From Candidatus Woesearchaeota archaeon (GTDB taxonomy: Archaea; Nanobdellota; Nanobdellia; Pacearchaeales; GW2011-AR1): a stretch of 64,000 nt of DNA. The position numbers and the translations under genes are program-made. The stretch lies in NCBI GenBank assembly GCA_964493885.1, contig CAZBPV010000002.1, positions 15,614 to 79,613 on the forward strand. Direction: 5' to 3'. Below the pieces are notes generated by a model. It did not search any database, was not told the DNA's origin, and worked only from the letters and a program-made list of their open reading frames with translations. Positions 1-10,626 of the stretch are shown one piece after another. Numbering within the stretch: the stretch's first letter is position 1; each line of letters starts with the position of its first letter.

Positions 1-2
1 AG

Positions 3-122
3 CTTATTGAATTAGATGGTAGTAGGATCGGGCCTTTTGAGAAGGGACAGATTACAAATATTTCAAAGGAAATTGCCAGGATTCTTATTGATGATGGAAA
101 AGCTGAATTAGTTATTGAGTGA
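3..122 (+). CDS. 3' end of a gene truncated by the window edge (...LIELDGSRIGPFEKGQITNISKEIARILIDDGKAELVIE*); family not assignable, only a weak resemblance to GINS-type C-termini
   Basis: Frame 3 is open from the window edge to TGA at 120-122; only 39 codons are visible. Confidence 0.3.
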   Translation, partial: LIELDGSRIGPFEKGQITNISKEIARILIDDGKAELVIE

Positions 123-126
123 ACTG

Positions 127-375
127 TTATTTATATATAATCTTTTGAATCAAAAGCAAGAGCCACATAGTTGCATTAAATGTTCCAATTATTGTTGAAA
201 GCCAGAGATTTAGTGTAGAGTATGCAATAACTACTAAATACATTCCAATTGTATTAAATAATGCTGTCTGAAAATTAATATATCCTTTTTTATGTTTAAA
301 TCCCTGGATAACTTGAGGAATTAATGCATAAGCAAAAATTAAACTTACTACTGTTATTAAATAATCCTGCCACAT
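127..375 (-). CDS. small 3-TM PQ-loop / SemiSWEET-like membrane protein (82 aa from MWQDYL...)
   Basis: Three hydrophobic segments, with LIPQVIQGFKHKKG (PQ motif) after TM1. The longer ORF to 516 overlaps tRNA-Thr, so the start was trimmed to ATG at 375; ATGs at 438 and 429 remain possible. Confidence 0.5.
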   Translation of the reverse strand: MWQDYLITVVSLIFAYALIPQVIQGFKHKKGYINFQTALFNTIGMYLVVIAYSTLNLWLSTIIGTFNATMWLLLLIQKIIYK

Positions 376-456
376 TTTGAAAAAGTTTAGCTCAAAGCCT
401 AAAATCAAATGCAGTCTACCCTGAAGCATTTGATACATTCTTCTTGCAAAGCAAAA

Positions 457-530
457 AGCCTGTGGAGGGAGTCGAACCCCCGACCCTCTGCTTACAAGGC
501 AGATGCTCTGATCCACTGAGCTACACAGGC
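457..530 (-). tRNA. tRNA-Thr(UGU)
   Basis: Manual cloverleaf: acceptor GCCTGTG/CACAGGC, D arm GCTC-AGTGGATCA-GAGC, anticodon arm TCTGC-CTTGTAA-GCAGA, T arm GGGGG-TTCGACT-CCCTC; 74 nt, no intron. Confidence 0.9.
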
Positions 531-583
531 CTAAAAATTATAGAGAAAGTTAGTTTAAAAGACTTTTTGTCTTTTTTGATTAT

Positions 584-1168
584 TTACTCTTTTTCTGATG
601 TTTTAGTTTCTTCTTTTTCACTCTTTTCTTTGTCAAGCATTTTCTCAACTTTTATGGATTTTATCTCGCAAAGAGACAAGGGATAGATTTTTTTAAGCTT
701 TAGGCTTAAATATTTTTGCAGATTATTTTTTAAGATATCTTCAAATATTTCTTCAGATTCTTTTGTTTTTAAGTAGTCAATTATTTCTTCTCTTGCCTTA
801 TTTCTCAATGCTTTTCTAACTGCTCGTGAGACTTTTCTTCTAGTTATTAAAAAGGGTTTAATTCTTAATTGAGAATCTTTAGACATGGCAGAAAAAGAAT
901 CTTCTACATAATTAGTTCCTTTTCTCATCATTCTTCTTAAATAATAAGGCAGTACTTGGATTTGTTTTGGAATTGCAATTGCTTCTTTCCCATTAACTTT
1001 TATTTGCATCTGGAGAATTACACTTTTTCCTCTTAACATTCTTGTAAGATCATATTTTATGAATTTTCCATCAATGCTTTCTAATTCATATGCCTGAACT
1101 TGAGTTTCTTTTCTTATCAAGGGCATTTCAACATTAAAAAATTTCTTTCTTTTTTTTGATACTGCCAT
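584..1168 (-). CDS. rps3ae: 30S ribosomal protein S3Ae (eS1)
   Basis: 194 aa; MAVSKKRKKFFNVEMPLI...LRGKS...YLRRMMRKGTNYVEDSF matches the eS1 family pattern; sits directly downstream of L44e. Confidence 0.9.
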   Translation of the reverse strand: MAVSKKRKKFFNVEMPLIRKETQVQAYELESIDGKFIKYDLTRMLRGKSVILQMQIKVNGKEAIAIPKQIQVLPYYLRRMMRKGTNYVEDSFSAMSKDSQLRIKPFLITRRKVSRAVRKALRNKAREEIIDYLKTKESEEIFEDILKNNLQKYLSLKLKKIYPLSLCEIKSIKVEKMLDKEKSEKEETKTSEKE

Positions 1169-1169
1169 T

Positions 1170-1487
1170 TTATTCTTGTAGTAATTTACCTGTCCTTTTA
1201 TTTCTTCTTCCTTGCCTATATTTAGATTTTCCGCATTTAGAACAAGTATACATTATATTTGTTTTTTTAGTTGTTTTAGATTTTCTTTTAAATTTTGAAA
1301 CTGCTGGTTTACTTCCCCATTTTCCTTTATTTCCATAACCTCTTCCTCTTCCACGAGCTTTTGCTCTTGAGATGCTTCCTCTTGTTAGTGTACCTCTTTT
1401 AGCTCCTGTTGAAACTAATTTTATCTTTTGCTCTGTCTTTTTTTTGCAATACGGACAAAATCTCTTTGTCTTTTTTGGGAATTTCAT
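1170..1487 (-). CDS. rpl44e: 50S ribosomal protein L44e (eL42)
   Basis: 105 aa, very basic; zinc-ribbon cysteines CPYC...CSKC; MKFPKKTKRFCPYCKKKTEQKI is the typical eL42 N-terminus. Confidence 0.9.
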   Translation of the reverse strand: MKFPKKTKRFCPYCKKKTEQKIKLVSTGAKRGTLTRGSISRAKARGRGRGYGNKGKWGSKPAVSKFKRKSKTTKKTNIMYTCSKCGKSKYRQGRRNKRTGKLLQE

Positions 1488-1542
1488 TGTAAGAAAGAAA
1501 GATAATTTGGCTTTTTAAAGGTTATCAATTAATTATTAAAAA

Positions 1543-1657
1543 TGGTCCCACCAAGAATTGAACTTGGATCTTGTCCATATTGAGGTCAAACCTCAAAAAC
1601 GTTTTTGAGATTCAAAACCGCGTCAAGGACACGTCTTAGCCACTGGACTATGGGACC
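1543..1657 (-). tRNA. tRNA-Val(GAC) with 43-nt intron (about 1578-1620) at 37/38
   Basis: Acceptor GGTCCCA/TGGGACC, anticodon stem TGTCC/GGACA, loop TTGACG, T arm CCAAG-TTCAATT-CTTGG. Positions 32-35 pair with intron AATC... and an outer helix GGT/ACC gives a canonical BHB. Confidence 0.85.
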
Positions 1658-1712
1658 CTATAACATTCTGTTGAATAATAAGATTTATATATGTTTTTTG
1701 GTTGAGTATTTT

Positions 1713-1901
1713 ATGGATATAAAAAAGTGGTTTTGGATTGTATATGTTATATTTGCCTTATATTTAGTAAATAAAGCCCTCGCATATTTTACAATTCCAG
1801 AGAGTCTTTTAGTTTTTGAAAAGTGGATTTTAATTGGAGCAGCAGTTTTGTTGCTCTTAGGAGCGTATAATTCTTTTAAATCAGGCAAGACTCCATATTA
1901 A
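1713..1901 (+). CDS. small 2-TM membrane protein (62 aa, MDIKKWFWIVYV...)
   Basis: ORF trimmed to the first ATG that does not overlap tRNA-Val; two hydrophobic helices; no family recognised. Confidence 0.35.
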   Translation: MDIKKWFWIVYVIFALYLVNKALAYFTIPESLLVFEKWILIGAAVLLLLGAYNSFKSGKTPY

Positions 1902-1943
1902 TATACTAATAAACTTTATATACATAATTTCCATTTATTTTCT

Positions 1944-3812
1944 ATGGTGAAATCGGGGTGGAATAAACATGCACAAGTTACTATTTTTATTATTATTGCA
2001 ATAATAATTGTTGCTGCAGTTGCTGCTTATTTTATTTTAAGAAGTTCAATAAGTGTTCCAATAGTCCCTGCAAGTTTAGAACCAGTTTATGCTTCTTTTT
2101 TAAGCTGTATTAAGGAAGATACTAGTGTTGGAATTAGTGTGCTTGAAAGCCAAGGAGGATACATACAACTTCCTGAATTTGAATCTGGTTCTGGATACAT
2201 GCCTTTTTCTTCGCAATTAGGTTTTTTAGGAAATCCAATTCCGTATTGGTATTATGTTTCTGGGAATAATGTTCAGAAAGAACAAGTTCCTTCTATAAGT
2301 GATATGGAAGATGATTTAGCAAATTATATTGAAGGTAAGATTACTGGATGTTTGCTTGATTCTTATCTTGAAAATGGATATGGGGTGAGCATGGGAGAAC
2401 CTCGAGCAAGTGTTCAGATAAATCCTGAGAGTGTTGAAGTTAATCTTAACATGAATCTTGCTTTAGAGAGAGCAAATGATAGTGTTGTTGTAAGCAAGCA
2501 TAATGTTGTTGTTAATTCCAAGCTTGGAGAGTTGTATTCTGATGCAAGAGCTATTTATGATTATGAACAATCTAGTTTATTTTTAGAGAATTATGCAGTA
2601 GATACCTTAAGATTATATGCTCCTGTTGATGGAGTTGAAATGAGTTGCAGTCCTTTAGTTTGGAATGCTAATAATGTTTTTGATGAACTTGAATTAGCTA
2701 TTGAAGCAAACACTCTTGCATTAAAAGTTAAAAATGGAGATTTTTCTTTAACTGATTCAAGAAATAAGTATTTTATTTTAGATATACCTGGAATTAAGAA
2801 TAATGTATTATTTTTGAATTCAAGAAACTGGAGCCATAGTTTTGAAGTTAATCCAAGTGATTCAAGTGTTATGATGGCTAAACCTATTGGAAACCAGCCA
2901 GGAATGGGAATTATTGGATTCTGCTATGTTCCGTATCATTTTGTTTATAATGTTAATTATCCTGTTTTAGTTCAAGTTTATTCTGGAGAAGAGATATTTA
3001 ATTTCCCTTTTGCTGTTGTAATTCAAGGAAATAAACCAAGACAAGCATTAAATACAAGTGCAGTTGGAACTCCTGAAATTGATTTATGTGATTATAAAAA
3101 TACTTTATTTGAAGTAACTACTTATGATTTTATGCTTAATCCTGTTAGTGCAAATATTTCATACAAGTGTTTTGGTGAGATTTGTGATATTGGAACAACT
3201 TATAAATCAAATGGCTCTTTAATTGCATTATTTCCTCAGTGTGCAAATGGATTTATTCTTGCTAAATCTAATGGCTATGTTGATACAAAATATGAAGTGA
3301 GCACTGTTAATTCTGGATTTGCAGATATATTCATGGATAAATTGTATAAGAAAACAGTAAGTTTAAGTTTAGATGGGCAGGTGTATAATGGAGAAGCAAT
3401 AATTAATATTGTATCTGATGAGGTTTCAGAAACTTTAGTTTATCCTAGACAAAGAGATGTTAAATTAAGTGAAGGGCAGTATGAAGTTCAGGTTTATATT
3501 TATAGAAATGCAAGTATTCAACTTCAGGAGACAACACAAGAACAATGCATTGAGGTTCCAAAAGAAGGAATAGGAGCAATATTTGGAATTACTGAAGAAA
3601 AATGTTTTGATGTTGTTATTCCTAGCCAAATAATTTCAAATTCTCTTGTTGGAGGAGGAAAACAGAATTATTATATTGCTGAGAGTGAATTGCAAACTGG
3701 AACAATAATTGATATAAATTCAGATAGCTTAGCAACACCTAGGACAATAGAAGACTTGCAGAAAAATTATATTGAGTTTGAAGAAAAAGGTTTAGACATT
3801 TACTTTAAATGA
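1944..3812 (+). CDS. hypothetical exported/membrane-anchored protein, 622 aa, with a possible class III (pilin-like) signal
   Basis: N-terminus MVKSGWNKHAQVTIFIIIAIIIVAAVAAYF (charged, then A|Q, then a hydrophobic helix); the stop overlaps the next start (ATGA at 3809-3812). Confidence 0.6.
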   Translation: MVKSGWNKHAQVTIFIIIAIIIVAAVAAYFILRSSISVPIVPASLEPVYASFLSCIKEDTSVGISVLESQGGYIQLPEFESGSGYMPFSSQLGFLGNPIPYWYYVSGNNVQKEQVPSISDMEDDLANYIEGKITGCLLDSYLENGYGVSMGEPRASVQINPESVEVNLNMNLALERANDSVVVSKHNVVVNSKLGELYSDARAIYDYEQSSLFLENYAVDTLRLYAPVDGVEMSCSPLVWNANNVFDELELAIEANTLALKVKNGDFSLTDSRNKYFILDIPGIKNNVLFLNSRNWSHSFEVNPSDSSVMMAKPIGNQPGMGIIGFCYVPYHFVYNVNYPVLVQVYSGEEIFNFPFAVVIQGNKPRQALNTSAVGTPEIDLCDYKNTLFEVTTYDFMLNPVSANISYKCFGEICDIGTTYKSNGSLIALFPQCANGFILAKSNGYVDTKYEVSTVNSGFADIFMDKLYKKTVSLSLDGQVYNGEAIINIVSDEVSETLVYPRQRDVKLSEGQYEVQVYIYRNASIQLQETTQEQCIEVPKEGIGAIFGITEEKCFDVVIPSQIISNSLVGGGKQNYYIAESELQTGTIIDINSDSLATPRTIEDLQKNYIEFEEKGLDIYFK

Positions 3813-6800
3813 GAATTAAAAATACAATAAGAATTGCAATGATTTTTATAATGGTAATTTTAGTTTCTTCTTTAGCTGGAGCAGTTTACACAAGAAGCAC
3901 TCCGCAATTTACTCAATTTCAATCTGCAGATTTATTTGGATTTCAGAGTTCTCTTGAGTTTGACAAATCAATGTGTGAAGCAGGGCAGGATTTTGTAATT
4001 CAGATTGCTCCTTTTGGATGCACTCCTGCTGTTGTTAGAAGTGATTTATTAGAAGAGCAGAATGTTCCTATTTTTTGTCAGCTTGCAGCAACAAAAATAA
4101 ATCCTTTGATTGATGTTGAAGCAATAGAAAGTATTTCTTTTGAAGGAGAGTATCCTAATGAAGTTGCAGGAATTGGATTTCAGCCTGCAAGGGCTGCATT
4201 AGGAGTTACAGGAGATTTAAATTCACCTGTTCTTGAAAATATTGGGTATGTTGTTATTGTATTAAAAAAACAAGACAATGTTTCTAAGATGCCTGAGTAT
4301 GTAACAGGGACTTTAAATGCCAAGATAAAGTATGATATTAAAAATGCATTTGGAATAGGAGAGTCTAGTTATTATCTTCCTATGATGAGTGATGCAGATT
4401 GGGATGAATATAGAACTCAGTATAGTTTTTGGAATTCTAAGGGATATTTAAGAGCAGAAGAAATAGGACTTGATTCTGCTGCAATTTCAGTTTATGATGA
4501 TACTAATAAATTAAGAACAGTTACATTAGAAAAAGGAAAGACTTCTGATAAGATTCAGCTTCCTGGATTTGATTGCTTAGCAACACTTCAATTAAAATTA
4601 AATGATTTGAAAAATCCAGATACAACAGTAAAATTAGGTGTTGGAACTGATGTTATTGAGGTTATTAAAGGAGAAAAATTCCTTGAAGGCAAGTGTTATG
4701 TTACAAATATTGAAAATTTAGGAGTAAGGCAGACAGTAAAAATAGTATGTAAGGAAGATGAGTCTGCTGGAACATTTGGGCTTGGAAAATCTTTCACATT
4801 AGTTTCCAGTCCTAAAGTAAGATTTACTATTGAGGGTAGTGAGAAAATTGTTGGAGTTGGTGATAAATTATATGATTATGATGAAGGAGCAGAGCAAAGA
4901 AGTGTATTTGTAGCGTATGTTGGAAGTGTTAAGGGCTCAACAGATTTGAAGGTTTTATTATTGAGTGTTCCTATTTCTTCAGTAAAAGAAGGTAAGTTAA
5001 GTGATAGTGATTTGATTACTGCAGCTAATACAGTTAAGACTTATGATTGGGATGCACAAACAAGAAAGTTTAAGGTTGCAAATTTAGGACAAAAGGTATT
5101 AGGTGCTGTTACTAATATTTTTAATTTTATTTTTCAAGGACAAACAACTGAAATCTTGTCTGTTGATGGAAGTACAGTTAAATTTTCAAAAAATATAAAA
5201 CTTATAGGTTTTGCAGAGCCAGTTGATGAGGAATTTACTGGAAATAATGCAAATACTTTGTTAAATAATTATGAAAATGCAAAAAAAGATTATACTCTTA
5301 TTAAAGAGAGTTTTGCATCGGAAAAAACTGAAAGGGGAGTAACTTATGGAGAAGATGCAACTTTTAATTATATTACGTTAGCTATTTCTTTAGGACAAAA
5401 AGGAACTGCTGCACAACTTTGCAAAGAATTTATTGAAAAATATCCTAATTCAAAACAAATAGGTAAGATTAAAGGCGAATGCAGTGAATTAAAACTTTCA
5501 AGTTCAGAAACTGCAAGCACAATTGTTTTTGTTAATGGAAAAAGTAGACTTATTTCCTTAGAAGGTATTTCAGAACCAACTCAAGAACAATTTAGTGCAG
5601 ATGTTTTTATAAGAGCTGCAAGTGGAAAAACCGAGACAATTAATCTTCAAAAAGGCAGTGTTTATTATATTGATTATTTGAGATTTGGACAAGATGTTGA
5701 TATTAATTTAGGTTCAAATTGGGGGGCTGTGGGAGGTGTTGTAACAACTGCTACTGCTGGTATAATTACTCCAGAAGATGTTCACATGAAGTTTGATAGC
5801 AAAACAAGCCCTAATCAATGGTTATGGAATGCATATGATTCTGGATGGAAGCCAACAAATTCTGAAAATGTAAATCCCTATAAAAGAGCATTGACAAATT
5901 TAGCAGGATTAACTGAGGCTCAGGTTAATTTTATTAGTTCTTTTACTGACAAATCTTATGAAGAAGGAGTGCTATTAATCTCTCAGTATCGTGGAGCAGA
6001 GTCAATTGAACTTCTTGATTTGGATACAGATGCAGCTAAATTAAGAGTTTCAGTTTCTAAGGGAGCAATTAGAGATGTCAAAGATTTCTTGATTTCAGAT
6101 TCAGAGACATTAAAATTAAATGAAGCTAAAGTTTTAGGAGATTATTCATTTACTTTAAAGAAAGTTAATTTAATTAAAAAAGCAAGTGTTACAGTTATTC
6201 CTGGAATTGAAAATGCTGGAAGTAATACAACATTTCAGTTTAATGTTGGAATTGAAAAAAGAAGCATTGAATTATCTCCTCAAAAAACAGAAAAGATAAT
6301 AAAAAGTGTTAATGAATCAATCAAAGAGTTAGAAAGTATATCTGAGAATCTTGGAGATTTAGTTAAGGGATTAAAGGGGGCGTGTCTTGGAGTTGGTGCT
6401 GCTCTTACTGTTAAGAATTTCTTTGCAAATGTTGGGGGAAAAGGAATTGCAAGGCAAAATGTTATGAGACAACCTGGGGGATGGACAGAGAGATGCACTG
6501 CAATGTCTGGGCCTGGAAAAACATATACTTCTGTTAGTAAGTGTTATACTGAGAATGCTGATGCAATTGAACAAGAAGTTAATATTGCTTCAGATATAAT
6601 TAAACAGCAAAATGCTAGATATAAAAAAGAACAAGAGGGTGCAATGGAGAACGGAGGAAACTTTGCAAACAAAGTAGTTAATACTAATAAATTTATGCAG
6701 ACAGATATCCCAGTAGTTTCTGGAAGTTTAACTAAAGATTCTAAGTATTATTATGCTGCAGATGGAACAAAAGTTGACATGACTGATTTGCTTAAGTATG

Positions 6801-9800
6801 ATGCTTATTCTACTCAAGGATTATTTACTACAAATGAAATTAGAGAAATAGATTATAATTCACAGATTATGAATAATCCTCAAGCTACTCCTGCAATGAT
6901 AAATTCAGCAAATAGAAGCTTGCAGAGTATTTATGGGAAGATTCATGGAACTTCAAATTCTTATATTGAAAGACAAGCTGAAACAACTAGATTGGGAGGA
7001 ATCCAGCCAGATGTAGTTGCTTCTAAAGAATTAAAAGAAGTAAGATATGCAAATGATATCAGATTCAGCCAGGTAAGTTCAAAGTATTCTGGTGCAACAA
7101 TTGATGCTAATGCAAAAGTCCGTCCATTACTTGATCCTGCTACTGGAAATAATTATCTTCTTGTTTTAGATGATAGTGGAAGAGTGGTTCAGCAAACTTA
7201 TCTTGTTGGGACAAGTGGGGAATTGACACTGCAACAAGGCACTAATCTATTGGGAATAAGTTATACTAAAGTTGATTCTACATCATATAAAAATACTTAC
7301 AAGAGTCCTGAACTTAATTATTTTGAAACAGGGCCATATAAGGGCTTGCCTGCAATTGTTCCAGTAGATACTACAAATGGATGGTATGCTTCACTAAAAC
7401 AAACTCTTCCTGTATTTGGAGGAATAAGTGCTTATGATGCATCTGGAAGAGTTACTAGTTTTTATTTATGTAATGTAGGAATTAATGGTTTAGAAGAAAA
7501 TAGAGGAGGAGATGATATTTGCCAGCAGATAAATACTGGAACAGGACAGCCTTATAATCAGTTTGCAGGATTATCAGAGACAGAAGCCAAAACTATTATT
7601 AATAAAGCAGTTCAGGCAATTGCTGAAGCATCTAACAAATATAAAAGTGGAATTTCAGGACAGATGAGTATTTTAGGGCAGTTAGTAAATATTGGAAGTC
7701 CAGCAGCAGATATACCTGATATGCAGTGTGAGGATTTGATGTCTCCTAAGGATTGTAGATTATTATTTAATGTTTGTGACCCTGTTGTTTGCCCGTCAAG
7801 CAGGTGTAATTTAGGAGGAGCATATCCTGTTAAAGATGTTGTTCAGTCTGGAATTATTGGAAGCTTGGTTTTATGTCTGCCTAATTTCCCACAGGTTTTT
7901 ATTCCAGTTTGTTTGACTGGAGTTCAAGCAGGAATTGATGGATGGCTTTCTGTTCAGACAGCTTATAGAGATTGCATGCAGGAGAGTTTAGATACTGGAA
8001 AAATGACTGGAATTTGTGATGAGATTTATGGTTTGCATGCTTGTGAATTTTTCTGGAGACAGAGTGTTCCTATTGCAAAGCTTGCAATACCAAAATTAAT
8101 TGAAGTATTTACAGGAAATAATGCAGCTCGTGGTGGTGGAGAGTATTTAGGAGTTCAGAATGCATGGAATAATGCACAGAGTTCATTTAATTTCTTTACT
8201 CAGTATTATGCTGCAAATTCTTTCAAGGCTTTCCAGGCTCGTTCAACTGAGCAAGTTGGAGGAGAGATTTGTAATGCTTTTGTTTCAGGAGTTTATCCAA
8301 CTGGAGATTTCTTAGATACTTTTACAGACCCAGATTCACCTTCACAATTTTACGGAAGATTTGATGAGATTCCATTTACATCAACAACTAATCCTCCTAT
8401 TTCACAGTATAAGGTATATTATCATATTTATGCTGGAAAAGATGCAGGAGCATCTTATAAGGTATTTTTAATGGGAGATACATCTAGTTCATATTATATG
8501 GATACTTCAAGTTCAAGACTTGTTGCTTCTGGATTTGTTAAAAAAGGAGAGTATGCTACTGAGACTAAAGATTTTACTGCTAATTCAGGATATAAACAAT
8601 TATGCATTAATGTTAATGGGCAGGAAGAGTGTGGATTTAAGGAAACTTCTACTTCATTTGCAATTAATTATGTTGAAGATAAATATATACAAGAGCAGGC
8701 AAATCAAACTGATATAAAATCAGAGACTGAGTGTGTTTCTGGAAGTGTAAGTGCTTATAGTTTACTTTCTCCAAGTGTTGAAGGGGCTGCTCAAGAAATG
8801 CTTAATCCCTCAATTTATAACAGAGGATTAATCCGAGTCTGTGCTTCACTTAATCCAGGGCAAGGAACTGACCCGTATGCTGGAACACAGCAAGCAAGAT
8901 GGATAGAGGTTGGCAATTGCGGAAATAGCAATATTAAGTGCTGGCTTGATACTCAAAGTGTTAAAGATATTATTGAGAATAGAAATATAGAAAATGAAAC
9001 TATCCAGGACTTGAATACAAATGCTGAAAGTAATTTGGCTTTGTTAGTAGCAGAAGGACAGTATGTAAAGGACTTTAAGGCAGAGGTTACAAAGATAGAA
9101 GATCAAGGAGATAATACTAAGAAGATTGAGATGATTAATAGTATATATAATAAGGTATTTTACAATAATCAAAAAGCTAAATTATTGAGTTTAAGAGCTG
9201 GGGCTTACGGAGTCTTAGCTAAGGAGGCATTTGAGGTAACAGAACAAGGAAAGGCAAGGGCAAGAGAAGATGTAAGAATAGCAGACTTTAATATGGTTGA
9301 GGAAGCTTTGAAAAATATTTTTTTAGGAGATAATTTAGATGTTCAATTAAGCAAATTAACTATCTCTAAATATGAAAATGTTAATGATGAAAGAAAATAT
9401 ACTCTTTCTGATGGAACAATAGTTTCAACAGATACAAGAGTTACAGTTTCTCCTGGGGTTTATATTGATTTACAGGCAGCTAGAATATATGATAGTGGTA
9501 AAGATTATTATGTTATTTATCCAGATAGGAATATTGTTGCAACTTTTAAATTTTCAGAATCTTATACTGGAACTCCATCAACCCCGAGCGTTACACCAAT
9601 TCCCGAGGCAACTACTCCCACAACACCATCTCCCCAGGCAATTACTCTTGATGATGCTATTAATCAAATTAGTTCATTAAAAGGAAAAGCTTCTGATCCT
9701 GCTAATCTAGACTTTGTTGCAAAACTTGTGGAGGATATGATTTTGACTGCTGCAGAATCTGCTGACATAGTTAATAATGATAGGGATATTTCTTATATTA

Positions 9801-10582
9801 GAGAGTTGTTGCTTCGGAAAAAAACTCAACAGCAACGGGCTGTAGAATACTTGTATAGAGACAGACTTAAAGATTTATCTATATATGAAGTGGGAATAAA
9901 TTCTAATAAGGTACTTACTGGGAGTTATTATACTGTCGGAAGAATAAATGAGATAAATGGACAGTATATAATTACTTTTGGAACTCAGTTTAATGCAATT
10001 AACAGTCTTACTGGGACAAAAATTTTAACAGAAGAAGAGGCTAAGGAAATCCTTTGCAATTTTAGATACCCTTATATTGATAATGATGGCAAAAATTCTG
10101 AACTTAAACCAATAGTAGTTGAAAGAGCTGGAGTTTATCCGAAATCAGGAATTGTTTATACAAATTATGCTGCAAATTGTGTTCCAACATTACTTGGAAC
10201 TTCTTATGTAGCCCCAACACTTGTAAAAGGAGAACTTCCTACTTATCCAGCAATTATTACTTTAAGATTTTCTTTTGTTCTTACTTCTATGAGTTATAGA
10301 TATGATAGAACAACAAAACAGTGGATGGCTGATAAGAATTTAGATGGAGAACCTGAATTAACTTTGGAAAAGATGTATCCTAGAGAAAGTAATCCTAAAA
10401 CCTCTCAAGCAACTATAATTCAGGCACTTTATGATTTAAGAAATGATATTAACTGGGAGAAAAGAGGATATGAATGTTTTACATATCTACAACAAAATCC
10501 TCCTACTGGATTTTTTAGTGGTTTGGAGTCTATATCTGGAGTACCAACAAATTTTGAAGCTAAGAAATGTTTTAATCTTTGA
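3809..10582 (+). CDS. giant secreted protein, 2257 aa, unknown function; contains a Cys-rich block and a Pro/Thr linker
   Basis: Uninterrupted 6.8-kb ORF. Has a signal-like N-terminus MRIKNTIRIAMIFIMVILVSSLAGA, a Cys-rich hydrophobic segment (CEDLMSPKDCRLLFNVCDPVVCPSSRC...) and the linker TPSTPSVTPIPEATTPTTPSPQ. Confidence 0.75.
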   Translation: MRIKNTIRIAMIFIMVILVSSLAGAVYTRSTPQFTQFQSADLFGFQSSLEFDKSMCEAGQDFVIQIAPFGCTPAVVRSDLLEEQNVPIFCQLAATKINPLIDVEAIESISFEGEYPNEVAGIGFQPARAALGVTGDLNSPVLENIGYVVIVLKKQDNVSKMPEYVTGTLNAKIKYDIKNAFGIGESSYYLPMMSDADWDEYRTQYSFWNSKGYLRAEEIGLDSAAISVYDDTNKLRTVTLEKGKTSDKIQLPGFDCLATLQLKLNDLKNPDTTVKLGVGTDVIEVIKGEKFLEGKCYVTNIENLGVRQTVKIVCKEDESAGTFGLGKSFTLVSSPKVRFTIEGSEKIVGVGDKLYDYDEGAEQRSVFVAYVGSVKGSTDLKVLLLSVPISSVKEGKLSDSDLITAANTVKTYDWDAQTRKFKVANLGQKVLGAVTNIFNFIFQGQTTEILSVDGSTVKFSKNIKLIGFAEPVDEEFTGNNANTLLNNYENAKKDYTLIKESFASEKTERGVTYGEDATFNYITLAISLGQKGTAAQLCKEFIEKYPNSKQIGKIKGECSELKLSSSETASTIVFVNGKSRLISLEGISEPTQEQFSADVFIRAASGKTETINLQKGSVYYIDYLRFGQDVDINLGSNWGAVGGVVTTATAGIITPEDVHMKFDSKTSPNQWLWNAYDSGWKPTNSENVNPYKRALTNLAGLTEAQVNFISSFTDKSYEEGVLLISQYRGAESIELLDLDTDAAKLRVSVSKGAIRDVKDFLISDSETLKLNEAKVLGDYSFTLKKVNLIKKASVTVIPGIENAGSNTTFQFNVGIEKRSIELSPQKTEKIIKSVNESIKELESISENLGDLVKGLKGACLGVGAALTVKNFFANVGGKGIARQNVMRQPGGWTERCTAMSGPGKTYTSVSKCYTENADAIEQEVNIASDIIKQQNARYKKEQEGAMENGGNFANKVVNTNKFMQTDIPVVSGSLTKDSKYYYAADGTKVDMTDLLKYDAYSTQGLFTTNEIREIDYNSQIMNNPQATPAMINSANRSLQSIYGKIHGTSNSYIERQAETTRLGGIQPDVVASKELKEVRYANDIRFSQVSSKYSGATIDANAKVRPLLDPATGNNYLLVLDDSGRVVQQTYLVGTSGELTLQQGTNLLGISYTKVDSTSYKNTYKSPELNYFETGPYKGLPAIVPVDTTNGWYASLKQTLPVFGGISAYDASGRVTSFYLCNVGINGLEENRGGDDICQQINTGTGQPYNQFAGLSETEAKTIINKAVQAIAEASNKYKSGISGQMSILGQLVNIGSPAADIPDMQCEDLMSPKDCRLLFNVCDPVVCPSSRCNLGGAYPVKDVVQSGIIGSLVLCLPNFPQVFIPVCLTGVQAGIDGWLSVQTAYRDCMQESLDTGKMTGICDEIYGLHACEFFWRQSVPIAKLAIPKLIEVFTGNNAARGGGEYLGVQNAWNNAQSSFNFFTQYYAANSFKAFQARSTEQVGGEICNAFVSGVYPTGDFLDTFTDPDSPSQFYGRFDEIPFTSTTNPPISQYKVYYHIYAGKDAGASYKVFLMGDTSSSYYMDTSSSRLVASGFVKKGEYATETKDFTANSGYKQLCINVNGQEECGFKETSTSFAINYVEDKYIQEQANQTDIKSETECVSGSVSAYSLLSPSVEGAAQEMLNPSIYNRGLIRVCASLNPGQGTDPYAGTQQARWIEVGNCGNSNIKCWLDTQSVKDIIENRNIENETIQDLNTNAESNLALLVAEGQYVKDFKAEVTKIEDQGDNTKKIEMINSIYNKVFYNNQKAKLLSLRAGAYGVLAKEAFEVTEQGKARAREDVRIADFNMVEEALKNIFLGDNLDVQLSKLTISKYENVNDERKYTLSDGTIVSTDTRVTVSPGVYIDLQAARIYDSGKDYYVIYPDRNIVATFKFSESYTGTPSTPSVTPIPEATTPTTPSPQAITLDDAINQISSLKGKASDPANLDFVAKLVEDMILTAAESADIVNNDRDISYIRELLLRKKTQQQRAVEYLYRDRLKDLSIYEVGINSNKVLTGSYYTVGRINEINGQYIITFGTQFNAINSLTGTKILTEEEAKEILCNFRYPYIDNDGKNSELKPIVVERAGVYPKSGIVYTNYAANCVPTLLGTSYVAPTLVKGELPTYPAIITLRFSFVLTSMSYRYDRTTKQWMADKNLDGEPELTLEKMYPRESNPKTSQATIIQALYDLRNDINWEKRGYECFTYLQQNPPTGFFSGLESISGVPTNFEAKKCFNL

Positions 10583-10626
10583 TTCAACTCGTTGCTCACT
10601 TCAACAAAAAAACACTGAGTTCTATG

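Noticed and set aside
444-686. 80-aa plus-strand ORF and the N-terminal 47 codons of the 127-516 minus ORF
   Set aside because: Both run across tRNA-Thr (457-530). The plus ORF is also antisense to rps3ae. The membrane-protein start was therefore trimmed and the plus ORF discarded.
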